Below, in pieces: positions 10,123 to 20,765 of a stretch of DNA of 64,000 nt; position 1 is the stretch's first letter; each line of letters opens with the position of its first letter. The position numbers and the translations under genes are program-made. The DNA is from Desulfatiglandales bacterium (GTDB taxonomy: Bacteria > Desulfobacterota > DSM-4660 > Desulfatiglandales > Desulfatiglandaceae): positions 384,001 to 448,000 of the forward strand of contig OY762721.1 in NCBI GenBank assembly GCA_963666345.1. Direction: 5' to 3'. Below the pieces are notes generated by a model that did not search any database, had not been told where the DNA came from, and saw only the letters and a list, made by a program, of their open reading frames with translations.

Positions 10123-11127
10123 TCATTTTTTAAACGACCTGATCGTTTTTAAGAGATATCCTTTGATATCCCCTACGGCCTTTGGCGGCATGTTTTCAAT
10201 CGGTATTTCCGCCCTGGCCGCGCTCTTGTGTCCACCAGCTGTTCCCAGATGCCCGAAGAGCCGTTCCGCCGCCCTGCCTGCGTCTCCCCTGAAACCAGCG
10301 TTTCTGATTATGACTATAATCTTGCCGTTGTACACTCCGCTTGCGAAACTCCAGGTCGCCTCCGCGAGTCTCATGAAAAAATCCGCTATTATCACAAGAC
10401 TGTCGGGGTTGTCTATACCCCCCATATGCACAATTGCGGTTTCTTTTACAATCTCGAGCCTCTCCATGGCAAGCCGATAGCTTGCAAGGGTATTTGTGGT
10501 CATCTCGGAAGATTCTATCTTCTTGATGATATTCATGTTGGTGAACGTGTAAAGATACCTGAATGCGTCCATATCGTTTGAAAGGGAACCTCTCACGAAA
10601 TTATCCGTATCGGTCTTGATTCCGTAAAACAGGGCCGTGGCAAGTCTGGGGGACGGTTTTATCTTCGCCGCGCGAAGGTATTCGGTCATCACCGTTGAAA
10701 GCGCCCCGAAATTCTCCCTGATGTCCACGAAAGCCGCCCTTGAGCTCTCCTGCACAGGATGGTGGTCGATTATTATATCAAAGCATCGCCCCTTAAAATC
10801 CTCACTATGATCCGGTTGAGAATCAAGAATAGCCCATTTTGATATGAGCGAAGGCTTCATATATCTTATGTGCTGCTGTTCAATCTTGAGAAGCCTTATC
10901 AGTGAAAGGTTGTCCGCTCTTTGAATGGTGTTGATATGATAGACAAAGGCCTTTTTGACCTTTCTCCAGAAAAGCCGCTTAAGGGCCATTGAACTGGCCA
11001 TGGCATCAGGGTCGGCGTTTATTATTATTCCCAGGGTATCGTCCGGACTCACCGTCTCCAAAAGCCTGCCATATCTTTCGTTCACGGAAACGGATTTTGC
11101 AAAGGGATGTTTCATTATACTGTTCAT
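10123..11127 (-). CDS. DHH family phosphoesterase
   Basis: ADPDA, IIIDHH, GIKTDT, AGGHKSAA motifs; start 11127 forms an ATGA overlap with the thiE stop. Confidence 0.9.
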   Translation of the reverse strand: MNSIMKHPFAKSVSVNERYGRLLETVSPDDTLGIIINADPDAMASSMALKRLFWRKVKKAFVYHINTIQRADNLSLIRLLKIEQQHIRYMKPSLISKWAILDSQPDHSEDFKGRCFDIIIDHHPVQESSRAAFVDIRENFGALSTVMTEYLRAAKIKPSPRLATALFYGIKTDTDNFVRGSLSNDMDAFRYLYTFTNMNIIKKIESSEMTTNTLASYRLAMERLEIVKETAIVHMGGIDNPDSLVIIADFFMRLAEATWSFASGVYNGKIIVIIRNAGFRGDAGRAAERLFGHLGTAGGHKSAARAEIPIENMPPKAVGDIKGYLLKTIRSFKK

Positions 11128-11747
11128 GAAAGCACCTTCTTGAGTCGCCTGCAACGTGCTTCAGTATCCCGCGCCATCATTATGTCCGATATGACGGCGG
11201 TCCTCCTGCACCCGGTGGAAACCACGGACCCGATGTTGTCCAGCCCTATCCCGCCTATTGCCACTACCGGAACAGGGCACATCCTTTCAACATCGCCGAT
11301 CAGTTCCAGGCCAACCAGAGGCTCCGGGTCCTTTTTTGTCCCTGTCGCGAAAACCGGTCCAATGCCTATGTAATCCGCGCCTGCCTTTACGGCCGCTTTT
11401 GCCTGTGCAAGGTTATGTGTCGATATGCCTATGATCCTGTCCTTCAGAAGCGGCCTGGCATATTCTATCGGTATGTCTTTCTGCCCCAGATGAACACCGT
11501 CCGCATCAAGCATGACGGTAAGGTCCACATCGTCATCCACGATGAAAAGGACCCCTTCCCTGCCCGTTATCTGTCTCAGCTTGAGTCCCAGTTCCAGGCG
11601 CTCCCTTTTCTCCATATCCTTTTCTCTTAACTGAATAGCGTCGGCGCCGCCCCTTATCTGCGCCTTTACAAGGTCAAGAGGATCCCGGCCTCTCAAAAAA
11701 GGGCCGGGAGAAAAACAGTAGAGCCGAATATCAGCCGGGACCCGCAT
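11124..11747 (-). CDS. thiE: Thiamine-phosphate synthase, paralog 1
   Basis: IQLREK, DDDVDL, DGVHLGQ, STH, GPVFATGTK, VAIGGI. Confidence 0.92.
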   Translation of the reverse strand: MRVPADIRLYCFSPGPFLRGRDPLDLVKAQIRGGADAIQLREKDMEKRERLELGLKLRQITGREGVLFIVDDDVDLTVMLDADGVHLGQKDIPIEYARPLLKDRIIGISTHNLAQAKAAVKAGADYIGIGPVFATGTKKDPEPLVGLELIGDVERMCPVPVVAIGGIGLDNIGSVVSTGCRRTAVISDIMMARDTEARCRRLKKVLS

Positions 11748-11750
11748 TTT

Positions 11751-12542
11751 TTATCCCTTAAGCCTGTTCACGATAATATCAGACACCTTTCTGCCTGAGC
11801 GCATCATTCCGCCGAAGATGGGTCCCATCCTTGGACCGCCGAAGGCGTTGTTTGCCGCCATCCCGGTTACATAGAGCCCCGGAAATACCTCACCCGTGTT
11901 TTCCACGGTAAAATGCTCTCCCCTGGTTGCCCAGAGAGGCATCTCCCCCACCACATCACCGGTGCTGGTATTGAGCCTGACATTCAGTTTCCGGGCCACA
12001 TTGCGGCATATCTCAGCCGGATGACCTGTTCCGTCCACAACAAATGATGCCCTGATCCCCAGGGGATCAACCGGAAGCTCCAGCTTTTCCACTGTGGACC
12101 AGCTCAGCACAAGGCCCGATACCTTGGTATTGCCGTCTTCTTCCCTGAAAAGCACGTCCGTCGCCCTGATGAGATTAAAGATCAGGGTACCCTCCTTAAC
12201 GCATCTTGAGGCCAGGGTCGCAGTCGCCTCGATGCTGTCCATGGTGAAATAACCATTTCCCTTGTCCGCGCACTTTATTCCAAGCTCCTCGACAATGCCG
12301 AGGGCGTCTTCCTGGATCACTATCTCGTTAAACATCATGCCGCCGCCCCACATGCCCCCTCCAGGGGCAAGCTTGGCCTCGAATATCGCAGCCTTCACCC
12401 CGGCCTTCCCCAGGTAATAACCTGCCACCATGTTGGCAGGTCCCGCGCCGACCAGTGCGACATCCAGCTCAAGGTTATCGAGCAGTTTATCCTTGTACGA
12501 TTCAATAATAGATCTTGATATAATGACATCATCTATTTCCAT
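11751..12542 (-). CDS. thi4: Thi4-type thiazole synthase (non-Cys, probably sulfide-dependent)
   Basis: VGAGPA, GGGMWGGGM, VDGTGH, GPRMGPIFGGM; co-transcribed with thiE. Confidence 0.92.
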   Translation of the reverse strand: MEIDDVIISRSIIESYKDKLLDNLELDVALVGAGPANMVAGYYLGKAGVKAAIFEAKLAPGGGMWGGGMMFNEIVIQEDALGIVEELGIKCADKGNGYFTMDSIEATATLASRCVKEGTLIFNLIRATDVLFREEDGNTKVSGLVLSWSTVEKLELPVDPLGIRASFVVDGTGHPAEICRNVARKLNVRLNTSTGDVVGEMPLWATRGEHFTVENTGEVFPGLYVTGMAANNAFGGPRMGPIFGGMMRSGRKVSDIIVNRLKG

Positions 12543-12672
12543 TAAAAACCCTCCGTAAACAATAGTTCCCTTTTTTCACTCTGTTCAAATGCGCATGAGA
12601 TTGTGTTTTATAGTCGACAAGGTTTCTTAAATAACACATTATCCCATAACGGTTCAACGTGAAAGGGGACAT

Positions 12673-12820
12673 CCTGATCAGACATCAAGAGGTAATGCGC
12701 GATGTATAAGTCTCAGTCGTTGCTCCTTGGCGCCTTACATATCATACCCCGCCGGTAGCCGGGGCTTCGTCCAAATCCATTGGTCTTCAGACCGATATTT
12801 GAATTAGACGGTGGATTCGC
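12673..12820. repeat. Degenerate MITE-like repeat, type A
   Basis: Shares the cctgatc start, ccaaatccattg and aattagacggtggat end with the 8461-8615 copy. Confidence 0.5.
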
Positions 12821-12832
12821 TTGTCCCCTGAT

Positions 12833-13621
12833 CTACCAGGGCCAGATCTTTTCAAGGTATTCCAGGCCCGGCCAGAGGTCTTCCTCTTTATGAGGCTCAA
12901 GAGTCACATCCGGCGGGGCATCACGGGTTTCCCTCATGCCCAGGAACAGCCCTTTAAAATCGATTACTCCTTTTCCAGGTGCCAGGTGTTCATCTTTTAC
13001 CCCGAAATTGTCATGAAGATGAACCTTGTCCAGGTAGGCACCGAGTGATTCCAGCCATGTACGATCGCTTATACCGCTGAACGCCCGCTGATGACCCGTG
13101 TCAAAACAAAAACCTGTATCGTTCCTGTCAAGTGATTCCAGGACCATCCTTATCTCCCGAGGATCATGCTCATACACGTTTTCAAGCATCAGTCTGCAAC
13201 CCTGACCCTTCAAAAGGCCGCAAAGCCGGGACCAGGTACCTATGCTTCTCTTTATCCACTCCGCTTTTTCAAAGCCGTACCTTTTTTCATCGTAACCTGC
13301 ATGAAACACGATATTTTCCGCCTTGAATATGGATACCGCTCTTACTGTCTGCTCAAGACGCATCCAGGTAACCTTTAAAATTTCCCGATCCAGGGAGCCG
13401 GGGGAAAGATCAAAAAAAGGGCCGTGCAGCGTGACTCTCAAGCCATGCCTTTCAAGCCTGCTGGATATTCCAGCGGCCTCACCCGGGTCCAGTTCATCCA
13501 GTGAAGAGGCGTCAAGGCCTATCTCAGGGTTCAGGCCCTGCCTGATGAAAAGATCCAGATACCTGTCCCTGAGCATCTTAAACGGCACGCTTATCTGGAT
13601 CTTTTCTTTTATTCTGGACAT
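12833..13621 (-). CDS. Sugar phosphate isomerase/epimerase family (AP-endonuclease-2 TIM barrel)
   Basis: LHGPF, LMLEN, CFDTGH, VHLHDN, HLAPGKG, TLE motifs. Confidence 0.85.
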   Translation of the reverse strand: MSRIKEKIQISVPFKMLRDRYLDLFIRQGLNPEIGLDASSLDELDPGEAAGISSRLERHGLRVTLHGPFFDLSPGSLDREILKVTWMRLEQTVRAVSIFKAENIVFHAGYDEKRYGFEKAEWIKRSIGTWSRLCGLLKGQGCRLMLENVYEHDPREIRMVLESLDRNDTGFCFDTGHQRAFSGISDRTWLESLGAYLDKVHLHDNFGVKDEHLAPGKGVIDFKGLFLGMRETRDAPPDVTLEPHKEEDLWPGLEYLEKIWPW

Positions 13622-13705
13622 AATGTAAAATCCCTTTTAGTAAAGAATTCTTAAGACAGGGAGGCCCGTTGCAGGTAATCCTGAAAATCAGCAGGTAGAG
13701 AAAAG

Positions 13706-14038
13706 ATGAAATCTTATTACATCGATGAAATATCGGAAAAGGATATGCAGACTGTCGGGGAATATCTCAAGACAGAAGGTTTTTCCTCCTCACTTGAAAA
13801 GATCTTCTGGATCCCCTTGCCTGACGAATTGCTGTCTCCTCTGCAGTCTGAGCATAAACAATGCCAACCCCATGTCTTTGCCCTAGAGCTGGGAAAAGGG
13901 TGGATAAAGGCGGAAATGTTCGTTCGCAGCCTCAAAAACATGAGATGTACCTGCCCCGGGTACTGTGAGGAGGGGCAAAGGGGCTATGTTATGTCCTTTG
14001 TTGAAAATCTGATCGGAAGGCTGGGTATCGGCACATGA
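13706..14038 (+). CDS. Hypothetical protein
   Basis: 110 aa ORF filling the gap between genes, with HxxC and CxC motifs; no family recognised. Confidence 0.65.
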   Translation: MKSYYIDEISEKDMQTVGEYLKTEGFSSSLEKIFWIPLPDELLSPLQSEHKQCQPHVFALELGKGWIKAEMFVRSLKNMRCTCPGYCEEGQRGYVMSFVENLIGRLGIGT

Positions 14039-14101
14039 ACGGGCACGCCTTTTTCCACCGATTGCCCCTTTAGCTAAAAAACTTAAAGGCTCAAACAGGG
14101 T

Positions 14102-14500
14102 CTATTCCGCTATTAGCGCCTTTCTGATTTCCTCCTTGATAGCCATGGAGGCGTTCTTGTCCCCCAGATATCCTACTCTTATTGATACCTCGGTTTCTTC
14201 CGACGATTTGTAGTTCACCTTGATGGTAACGGGCTTATGATCGACCCTTTTTGCATAAATTTTTCCGGTTGTTACATCATGTTCTTCAAGCTCTACCCTG
14301 AAGTTCATATCCTTCATGGCCTTTACGGTTGTATCCCAGGTTTTCGTAAAAGGAGCCTTGTAAGTCACCAGGAGCGACCCCTGATAATACTTGAAACCGG
14401 CTACGCCTGCGGCTCCGCCCGCCAGAAAGACTGCAGGGGCGCAGCTTACCATGAATAAAAACAGGCTTAGGACGGTTAAAAGGCCTTTCAATTTTCGCAT
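14102..14500 (-). CDS. Lipoprotein, DUF3568-like
   Basis: Lipobox MVSC, Gly/Ala-rich segment, VSIRVGYLGD near the C-terminus. Confidence 0.7.
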   Translation of the reverse strand: MRKLKGLLTVLSLFLFMVSCAPAVFLAGGAAGVAGFKYYQGSLLVTYKAPFTKTWDTTVKAMKDMNFRVELEEHDVTTGKIYAKRVDHKPVTIKVNYKSSEETEVSIRVGYLGDKNASMAIKEEIRKALIAE

Positions 14501-14642
14501 AACAAAACCTCCGTTTTTTTACTGTAACAGGTCCTGCCCTAAAAAAACCCTCATATAAAAGAGATGAAAATATCTTATGAACCTGATCAGCTTTGAGAAT
14601 TTTTAATACTGCTTATTTATACTCCTGTCAATAGAGGATTAC

Positions 14643-14833
14643 CCCAAATCCAGCTTCTAATTCGGTATCGGCATTAAAATCAATGGTTTTGGCGCACCTG
14701 GGTACCGTCAAGGTGCCGGATGTCAAACGCCGATGAACAATGCCTGAGGTGTATGAATGATACGCCGCAAGGCTGAGCAATCAAAGGCAATCCCGCTTAA
14801 GCGGGTGAGATGATACCTCGATGGTGGATCGGG
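14643..14833. repeat. MITE-like repeat, type A (inverted relative to 8461)
   Basis: atgcctgaggtgtatgaatgatacgccgcaaggc is the near reverse complement of gccttgcggcgtatcacttatacgcctcaggcat; ends in gatggtggatcggg. Confidence 0.65.
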
Positions 14834-14990
14834 GATTATGGGTTTGACTTGAGCTCCGCTATTTGATAGCTTTTCTTCTTCTTGTTTAAAGAATTCATAA
14901 CCTTGTAAAATAAGGATTTTTTGATATAGCTGATCCCACCGAAGGCGGCAGGAACTGATAAGACCGTCAATTTTTATGGAGGCACTTTTC

Positions 14991-17798
14991 ATGGATTACA
15001 AGCAGACGCTGAATCTCCCGAAAACCGAATTCCCTATGAAGGCAAATCTGGTAAAGAAAGAACCGGAGATGCTCGCAAAATGGGATGAAATCGATCTGTA
15101 CCAGTTGATACGAAAGGCTTCCGATGGAAGGAAACCTTACATGCTGCATGACGGCCCCCCCTATGCGAACGGCAACATACACATGGGAACCGCCTTTAAC
15201 AAGATATTAAAGGACATAATCGTCAAATCAAGACAGATGGCGGGCTTTGATGTCCCTTACGTACCAGGCTGGGACTGCCACGGTCTTCCTATCGAACACA
15301 AGGTGGACGAGCAGCTCGGGGAAAAAAAGAAGAGCATGTCCCAGGCCGAAATCAGGGGGGTGTGCCGAAAATATGCTGAAAGCTTCATCGACATTCAGCG
15401 CGATGAATTCAAACGTCTCGGTGTTATGGGTGAATGGAACCGTCCCTATCTCACCATGAATTATCCCTATGAAGCCACGATAGTAAGGGAATTCGGAAAA
15501 TTCGCCTTGAACGGCAATCTGGTGAGGAGCAAAAAGCCGATATACTGGTGTATATCGTGCGAGACCGCCCTGGCCGAAGCGGAGGTGGAGTATGCAGATC
15601 ACTCCTCACCTTCCATCTTTGTCAAGTTTCCCATGATTTCAGATCTTGGCGACAAATTTCCTTCTCTCAAGGGGAAAGACGTTTCGGTGGTCATATGGAC
15701 CACCACGCCCTGGACCATGCCTGCCAATCTTGCCATAGCGCTTCATCCCGTTCTGGAATATGTCGCGGTGGAAATCCCGACCGGCGAGATCCTGATCCTT
15801 GCCGAGGGCCTGCTGAGGGTCTGCATGGATACTTTCGGCATATCCGGATACAAGGTGCTTGAGCGATTTAACGGCCCCGAACTTGAGCATATGCAGGCGA
15901 GGCATCCGATATATGACAGGCCTTCGTTGATAGTGCTGGCCCCTTACGTGACCCTGGAGGCGGGTACTGGCTGCGTGCATACCGCCCCCGGTCACGGCAG
16001 AGAGGACTATGAGACGGGGCTGCTGTATAATCTGGACGTATACTCGCCGGTTGACGCGGAAGGCAGGTTTACGCCTGACGTGGAATTTTTTGCGGGCATG
16101 AATGTGTTTGAGGCAAACAGGGCGGTAATCGACAAACTGGATGAACTGGGCGCCCTTTTAAAGGAGCAGAAGATCACTCATGAATACCCCCACTGCTGGC
16201 GGTGTAAAAAACCTGTCATATTCCGATCCACCGAGCAGTGGTTCATCTCCATGGAGAAAAACGAACTCAGGAAAAAGGCGCTTGATGCGATCGATACGGT
16301 CCGGTGGTTCCCATCCTGGGGCAAAGACCGTATATACAGCATGATAGAGAAAAGACCCGATTGGTGCATCTCCAGACAAAGGGCCTGGGGTGTTCCGATC
16401 ACCATGTTTTTCTGCAAGGAGTGCGGCGAAATGATCATCTCACAGGAGATTATCGATTTCATAGCCGACAAGGTGGAAAAAAAGGGTGTGGACATATGGT
16501 TCACAGACAACGAAAAGGACCTGCTTCCTCCCGGCACCAGATGTACCGCCTGCGGAAGTGATAATTTTCAGAAAGAAACGGACATCCTCGATGTATGGTT
16601 TGACTCGGGTGTCAGCTACGCGGCCGTAATGGAAAAGCGCGACTACCTCCAAAGCCCGGCTGATCTGTATCTCGAGGGAAGCGACCAGCACAGAGGCTGG
16701 TTTCACAGCTCCCTTCTATGCTCTGTCGGCACCAGGGGTGAGGCCCCTTACAGGGCCGTTCTGACCCATGGTTTTGTGGTGGACGGCACCGGCAAGGCCA
16801 TGCATAAGTCTGCGGGAAACGTCATAGCCCCAGCTGACATGATCAAGCAGTACGGGGCGGAGATCCTGAGGCTGTGGGTGGCGGGTGAAGACTACAGGGA
16901 CAATATCCGCCTTTCAAAAGAGATACTTCAGAGGCTCACGGAGGCATACAGAAGGATAAGAAACACCTGCCGCTACATGCTGGGAAACCTGAGCGATTTT
17001 GACCCTGAAACGGACAGTGTTCCGTACCGGGACATGCAGGAGCTTGACCGATGGGCGCTCAACCGGCTGCAGGAGCTCAGCGAACGGGTGCTGAACGCCT
17101 ATGATAAATTCGACTTTCATGTGGTCTATCACAGCCTTCATAACTTCTGCGTGCTCGATCTGTCTTCCTTCTACCTGGACATAATAAAGGACAGGCTTTA
17201 CACCTCTCCCCCCAAATCATCACAGAGAAGATCCGCCCAAACCGCCATGCAGGAGATCCTGGATGTGCTTGTAAGGCTAATGGCACCTGTCCTGGCCTTT
17301 ACGGCGGAGGAAATCTGGCAGTACATGAAGGTCGAAAACAGGCCTTTGAGCGTTCACGCGGACCTCTTCGTGCCTGTCCGGGAAGAGTACAGGGACACCG
17401 AACTTGCCGATAAGTGGGAGGAGATAATATCGGTCAGAAGAGAGGTCACCAGGGCTCTTGAAATAGCGAGGAAGGAAAAACAGATCGGCCACTCTCTCGA
17501 TGCAAGCGTGACCCTGGGGCTTGCCCCCGCCCTCATGGAAAAGATAGCCCCCTACAGGGAGCAGCTCAGATCGATATTTATCGTATCCTCTGTGGAACTG
17601 GTGGATATCGAACGGCTTGAAGGGAGCGAAGAAAGCGAATCGGTTCCGGGACTCAAGATAAAGGTCGGAAGCTGTTCCGATACCAAGTGCGAGCGCTGCT
17701 GGGTTCACGACCCCACCGTAGGCGATAACGGCGCTCATCCTAAAATATGCCGGCGCTGTCTTTCCGCCCTGGCCCAGATGGAGCTGATTGAGGATTGA
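14991..17798 (+). CDS. ileS: Isoleucine--tRNA ligase
   Basis: [12 protein letters not shown] (HIGH-like), [22 protein letters not shown] (KMSKS-like), C-terminal Zn finger; RBS GGAGG before ATG 14991. Confidence 0.97.
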   Translation: MDYKQTLNLPKTEFPMKANLVKKEPEMLAKWDEIDLYQLIRKASDGRKPYMLHDGPPYANGNIHMGTAFNKILKDIIVKSRQMAGFDVPYVPGWDCHGLPIEHKVDEQLGEKKKSMSQAEIRGVCRKYAESFIDIQRDEFKRLGVMGEWNRPYLTMNYPYEATIVREFGKFALNGNLVRSKKPIYWCISCETALAEAEVEYADHSSPSIFVKFPMISDLGDKFPSLKGKDVSVVIWTTTPWTMPANLAIALHPVLEYVAVEIPTGEILILAEGLLRVCMDTFGISGYKVLERFNGPELEHMQARHPIYDRPSLIVLAPYVTLEAGTGCVHTAPGHGREDYETGLLYNLDVYSPVDAEGRFTPDVEFFAGMNVFEANRAVIDKLDELGALLKEQKITHEYPHCWRCKKPVIFRSTEQWFISMEKNELRKKALDAIDTVRWFPSWGKDRIYSMIEKRPDWCISRQRAWGVPITMFFCKECGEMIISQEIIDFIADKVEKKGVDIWFTDNEKDLLPPGTRCTACGSDNFQKETDILDVWFDSGVSYAAVMEKRDYLQSPADLYLEGSDQHRGWFHSSLLCSVGTRGEAPYRAVLTHGFVVDGTGKAMHKSAGNVIAPADMIKQYGAEILRLWVAGEDYRDNIRLSKEILQRLTEAYRRIRNTCRYMLGNLSDFDPETDSVPYRDMQELDRWALNRLQELSERVLNAYDKFDFHVVYHSLHNFCVLDLSSFYLDIIKDRLYTSPPKSSQRRSAQTAMQEILDVLVRLMAPVLAFTAEEIWQYMKVENRPLSVHADLFVPVREEYRDTELADKWEEIISVRREVTRALEIARKEKQIGHSLDASVTLGLAPALMEKIAPYREQLRSIFIVSSVELVDIERLEGSEESESVPGLKIKVGSCSDTKCERCWVHDPTVGDNGAHPKICRRCLSALAQMELIED

Positions 17799-18274
17799 AG
17801 AAAAAATACCACCTCCTGATATGGCCTTTTATTGCGGTAGTTGTTCTGGATCAGATTTCAAAGGCGGCCGTTATAAAGACCATTGAGATCCACGGATCGG
17901 TTAGTGTCATCCACGGTTTTTTTCAGATGGTGCATGTAAGAAACCGTGGCATGGCCTTCGGTCTCATGAACAGGGCCGATTCCCGGATAGGTCCCTACCT
18001 GCTGGCCGCGGCAAGCATCGTAACCATAGTCTTACTGATCTACTGGTTCATGAGGAGAAAAGATCACGGCCATGCAATCACCCTGGCTCTTTCTTTAATA
18101 TTGGGGGGGGCCGTCGGAAACCTGATAGACCGGGTGAGATTCAACGAAGTGGTCGACTTTCTGGACTTTTACATAGGAAGCTATCACTGGCCCGCCTTCA
18201 ATATCGCGGACGCAACCATCACCGCAGGGACTTTCCTCCTGGCATTCTGTATATTATTTCAAAAAAAGGAGTAA
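17795..18274 (+). CDS. lspA: Lipoprotein signal peptidase
   Basis: [34 protein letters not shown]. Confidence 0.96.
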   Translation: MKKKYHLLIWPFIAVVVLDQISKAAVIKTIEIHGSVSVIHGFFQMVHVRNRGMAFGLMNRADSRIGPYLLAAASIVTIVLLIYWFMRRKDHGHAITLALSLILGGAVGNLIDRVRFNEVVDFLDFYIGSYHWPAFNIADATITAGTFLLAFCILFQKKE

Positions 18275-18292
18275 AAAGTAAATTCGCTTGTC

Positions 18293-19093
18293 ATGAAAAA
18301 TATATCTGAATCAATCCTGACGGACATCGAAAAAATCAGGGACCTGGCGCCCCTGGTCCACAACATAACAAATTACGTGGTAATGAACTCCACGGCAAAT
18401 GCACTTCTGTCACTCGGCGCGTCCCCGGTCATGGCCCACGCGCTAGAAGAGGTCGAGGATATGACCTCCATCGCCGGCGCCCTTGTGATAAACATAGGCA
18501 CCCTTAGCCCCGGCTGGGTATCCGCCATGCACAAGGCGGCAGAAAAGGCGTCTCAACTCAAAAAACCGATCGTGCTCGACCCTGTCGGCGCGGGTGCTAC
18601 CGGCTACAGGACCTCTTCGGTAAACGAGCTTATAGAGACCGCCGTTCCCGCCGTCATAAGGGGAAACGCCTCTGAGATAATCGCGCTTGCCGGAACGGAT
18701 AGCAATACAAAGGGAGTAGACAGCACTCAGTCATCCGAGGCGGCCGTTGACGTGGCAAAGGCACTTTCAAGGCGGCTCGGCTCCGTCATAGTGGTAAGCG
18801 GTGCCGTAGATTTCATTATCCGTGATGATGAATCGGCAAAGGTCCTTAACGGAGACCCTCTCATGGGAAGAGTCACCGGCATGGGCTGCACTGCCACGGC
18901 CCTTATAGGCGCATTTCTCGCGGTAAACCCCGATCCGTTCAATGCGGCCGCCAACGCCATGGCCGTGATGGGCATGGCAGGTGAAACGGCGGCATTAGGC
19001 GCCGAAGGCCCCGGCACCTTTCAGGCACGGTTTCTTGACGCCCTCTACCGACTTGAAGAACAGGATGTCACGGAACGGATAAGGGTTGAATAA
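18293..19093 (+). CDS. thiM: Hydroxyethylthiazole kinase
   Basis: [39 protein letters not shown]. Confidence 0.95.
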   Translation: MKNISESILTDIEKIRDLAPLVHNITNYVVMNSTANALLSLGASPVMAHALEEVEDMTSIAGALVINIGTLSPGWVSAMHKAAEKASQLKKPIVLDPVGAGATGYRTSSVNELIETAVPAVIRGNASEIIALAGTDSNTKGVDSTQSSEAAVDVAKALSRRLGSVIVVSGAVDFIIRDDESAKVLNGDPLMGRVTGMGCTATALIGAFLAVNPDPFNAAANAMAVMGMAGETAALGAEGPGTFQARFLDALYRLEEQDVTERIRVE

Positions 19094-19716
19094 TGGATTC
19101 ACCTCTCCCCAGGCTCTATCTTGTAACCGACCGGAACCTGTGTAATTCAAGGCCGCTTGATGAGGTTGTCGCGCTTGCCGTAAAAGGAGGCGCAGGCATG
19201 GTTCAGCTGCGTGAAAAGGCGATTTCCACCAGAGACTTTGTGGAGCTTGCCCTTAAAATAAAAAGGATTACCTACCCCCTCGGCATCCCCCTTATAATCA
19301 ACGATCGTATCGACGTGGCCCTTGCCGCAAAAGCGGACGGCGTCCATATAGGCCAGAGCGACATGCCGTACGGGATGGCAAGAAAATTGATGGGACCAGA
19401 TGCCGTAATAGGCCTTTCGGTGGAATCAATGGATGAGGTCATGGAGGCACAGGACTTTGCAGTCGACTACCTGGGGGTAAGCCCCGTGTTTGCCACTCCC
19501 ACAAAGACCGACACAAAGGTGGAGTGGGGGCTTGAAGGGATTACAAAGATTAAGGAGATATCCAGACACCCACTGGTTGCCATAGGCGGAATCAATTCGC
19601 GAAACGCGGTTCGGGTGGTTGCAGCCGGAGCCGATTGTGTGGCTGTTGTCTCGGATATCTGTTCCGCCTCTGATCCTGAAAAATCCGCAGCAAACCTTAT
19701 TGATGCATTTAAATAG
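19093..19716 (+). CDS. thiE: Thiamine-phosphate synthase, paralog 2
   Basis: LYLVTD, VQLREK, INDRID, DGVHIGQSD, TPTK, VAIGGI. Confidence 0.95.
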   Translation: MDSPLPRLYLVTDRNLCNSRPLDEVVALAVKGGAGMVQLREKAISTRDFVELALKIKRITYPLGIPLIINDRIDVALAAKADGVHIGQSDMPYGMARKLMGPDAVIGLSVESMDEVMEAQDFAVDYLGVSPVFATPTKTDTKVEWGLEGITKIKEISRHPLVAIGGINSRNAVRVVAAGADCVAVVSDICSASDPEKSAANLIDAFK

Positions 19717-19733
19717 GCCTTTGGAGAATTGAC

Positions 19734-20561
19734 ATGGGAACAAGATACCTCCGCGCCCTTTCCATAGCAGGCTCGGACTCGGGCGGGGGCGCTGGCATAC
19801 AGGCGGACCTGAAGACCTTTTCCGCCCTCGGATGCTACGGCATGACCGTCATAACGGCCCTGACCGCCCAGAACACGACCGGAGTGAGCGGCATACACCC
19901 GGTACCTCCCGAATTTGTGGAAAAACAGCTGGACGCGGTCTTCAGCGATATCGGGGCGGACGCGGTAAAAATCGGCATGCTCTACTCGGCGGAACTGATT
20001 GAAAAGGTGGCCTTTAAACTGAGGCGATATAACGCGCAAAACATCGTGCTCGACCCGGTCATGGTCGCGACAAGCGGAGACAAACTGCTTCAGGACGACG
20101 CGGTAGAGGCCATCATAAGATATCTCATGCCCCTTGCCGCGGTGGTGACCCCGAACCTTCCCGAGGCCTCCATACTGGTAAACAGGGATATAGTCAATCT
20201 TGACCAGATCAGGGAGGCGGCCCGGGAACTTGCGACACATGACAGCAAAGCCGCACTTATAAAAGGAGGGCATCTTGCCGAAGGGGAATCAAGCAGCGAT
20301 CTTCTCTACATAGCGGATGAGAAACGATTCCTGACGCTTGAGGATGAACGGATACGGACCGCCAATACCCATGGAACAGGCTGCACTCTGTCCTCGGCCA
20401 TAGCGGCTTATCTGGCGAGGGGTCTTGATCTTGCGAATGCCGTCAAAAGGGCGAAGACATACGTCACGGAGGCCATCAGGGCCGGGGCGCGATATGAAAT
20501 AGGAAAGGGACACGGACCAGTAAAACATTTCTACAGGCAGTGGGATAATCCCTCAGGATAG
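19734..20561 (+). CDS. thiD: Hydroxymethylpyrimidine/phosphomethylpyrimidine kinase
   Basis: IAGSDSGGGAGIQADLKT, KIGML, DPVM, TPN, HGTGCTLS. Confidence 0.96.
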   Translation: MGTRYLRALSIAGSDSGGGAGIQADLKTFSALGCYGMTVITALTAQNTTGVSGIHPVPPEFVEKQLDAVFSDIGADAVKIGMLYSAELIEKVAFKLRRYNAQNIVLDPVMVATSGDKLLQDDAVEAIIRYLMPLAAVVTPNLPEASILVNRDIVNLDQIREAARELATHDSKAALIKGGHLAEGESSSDLLYIADEKRFLTLEDERIRTANTHGTGCTLSSAIAAYLARGLDLANAVKRAKTYVTEAIRAGARYEIGKGHGPVKHFYRQWDNPSG

Positions 20562-20616
20562 CCTGACCTTTCACGAGATAAGCAGACGGCATGCCAGGGC
20601 ATACAAGATTTTTTTA

Positions 20617-20727
20617 CTACGCCTTTTTAAAAGGTTTTTCCTGTTCCCGCTTTTTGAGATTCTTTTTCCTGCGCCGACGCCTTCTTTCTATCTCTCTTTT
20701 TCTCTCGATTTTCTTATGGCTTGCCAT
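20617..20727 (-). CDS. Small very basic protein (36 aa, missing from the ORF track)
   Basis: RBS AAGGAG then ATG 20727; MASHKKIERKREIERRRRRRKKNLKKREQEKPFKKA; lies directly downstream of nadC on the same strand. Confidence 0.6.
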   Translation of the reverse strand: MASHKKIERKREIERRRRRRKKNLKKREQEKPFKKA

Positions 20728-20765
20728 TTTCTAAAAGCTCCTTTCCGGATCCTTTTCCGGTGAAC

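Noticed and set aside
14560..14615. gaacctgatc resembling the TPP riboswitch core upstream of ileS-lspA-thiMED
   Set aside because: It lacks CTGAGA in a paired context and the GCGnAGGGA 3' strand; the flanks are AT-rich with no supporting stems.
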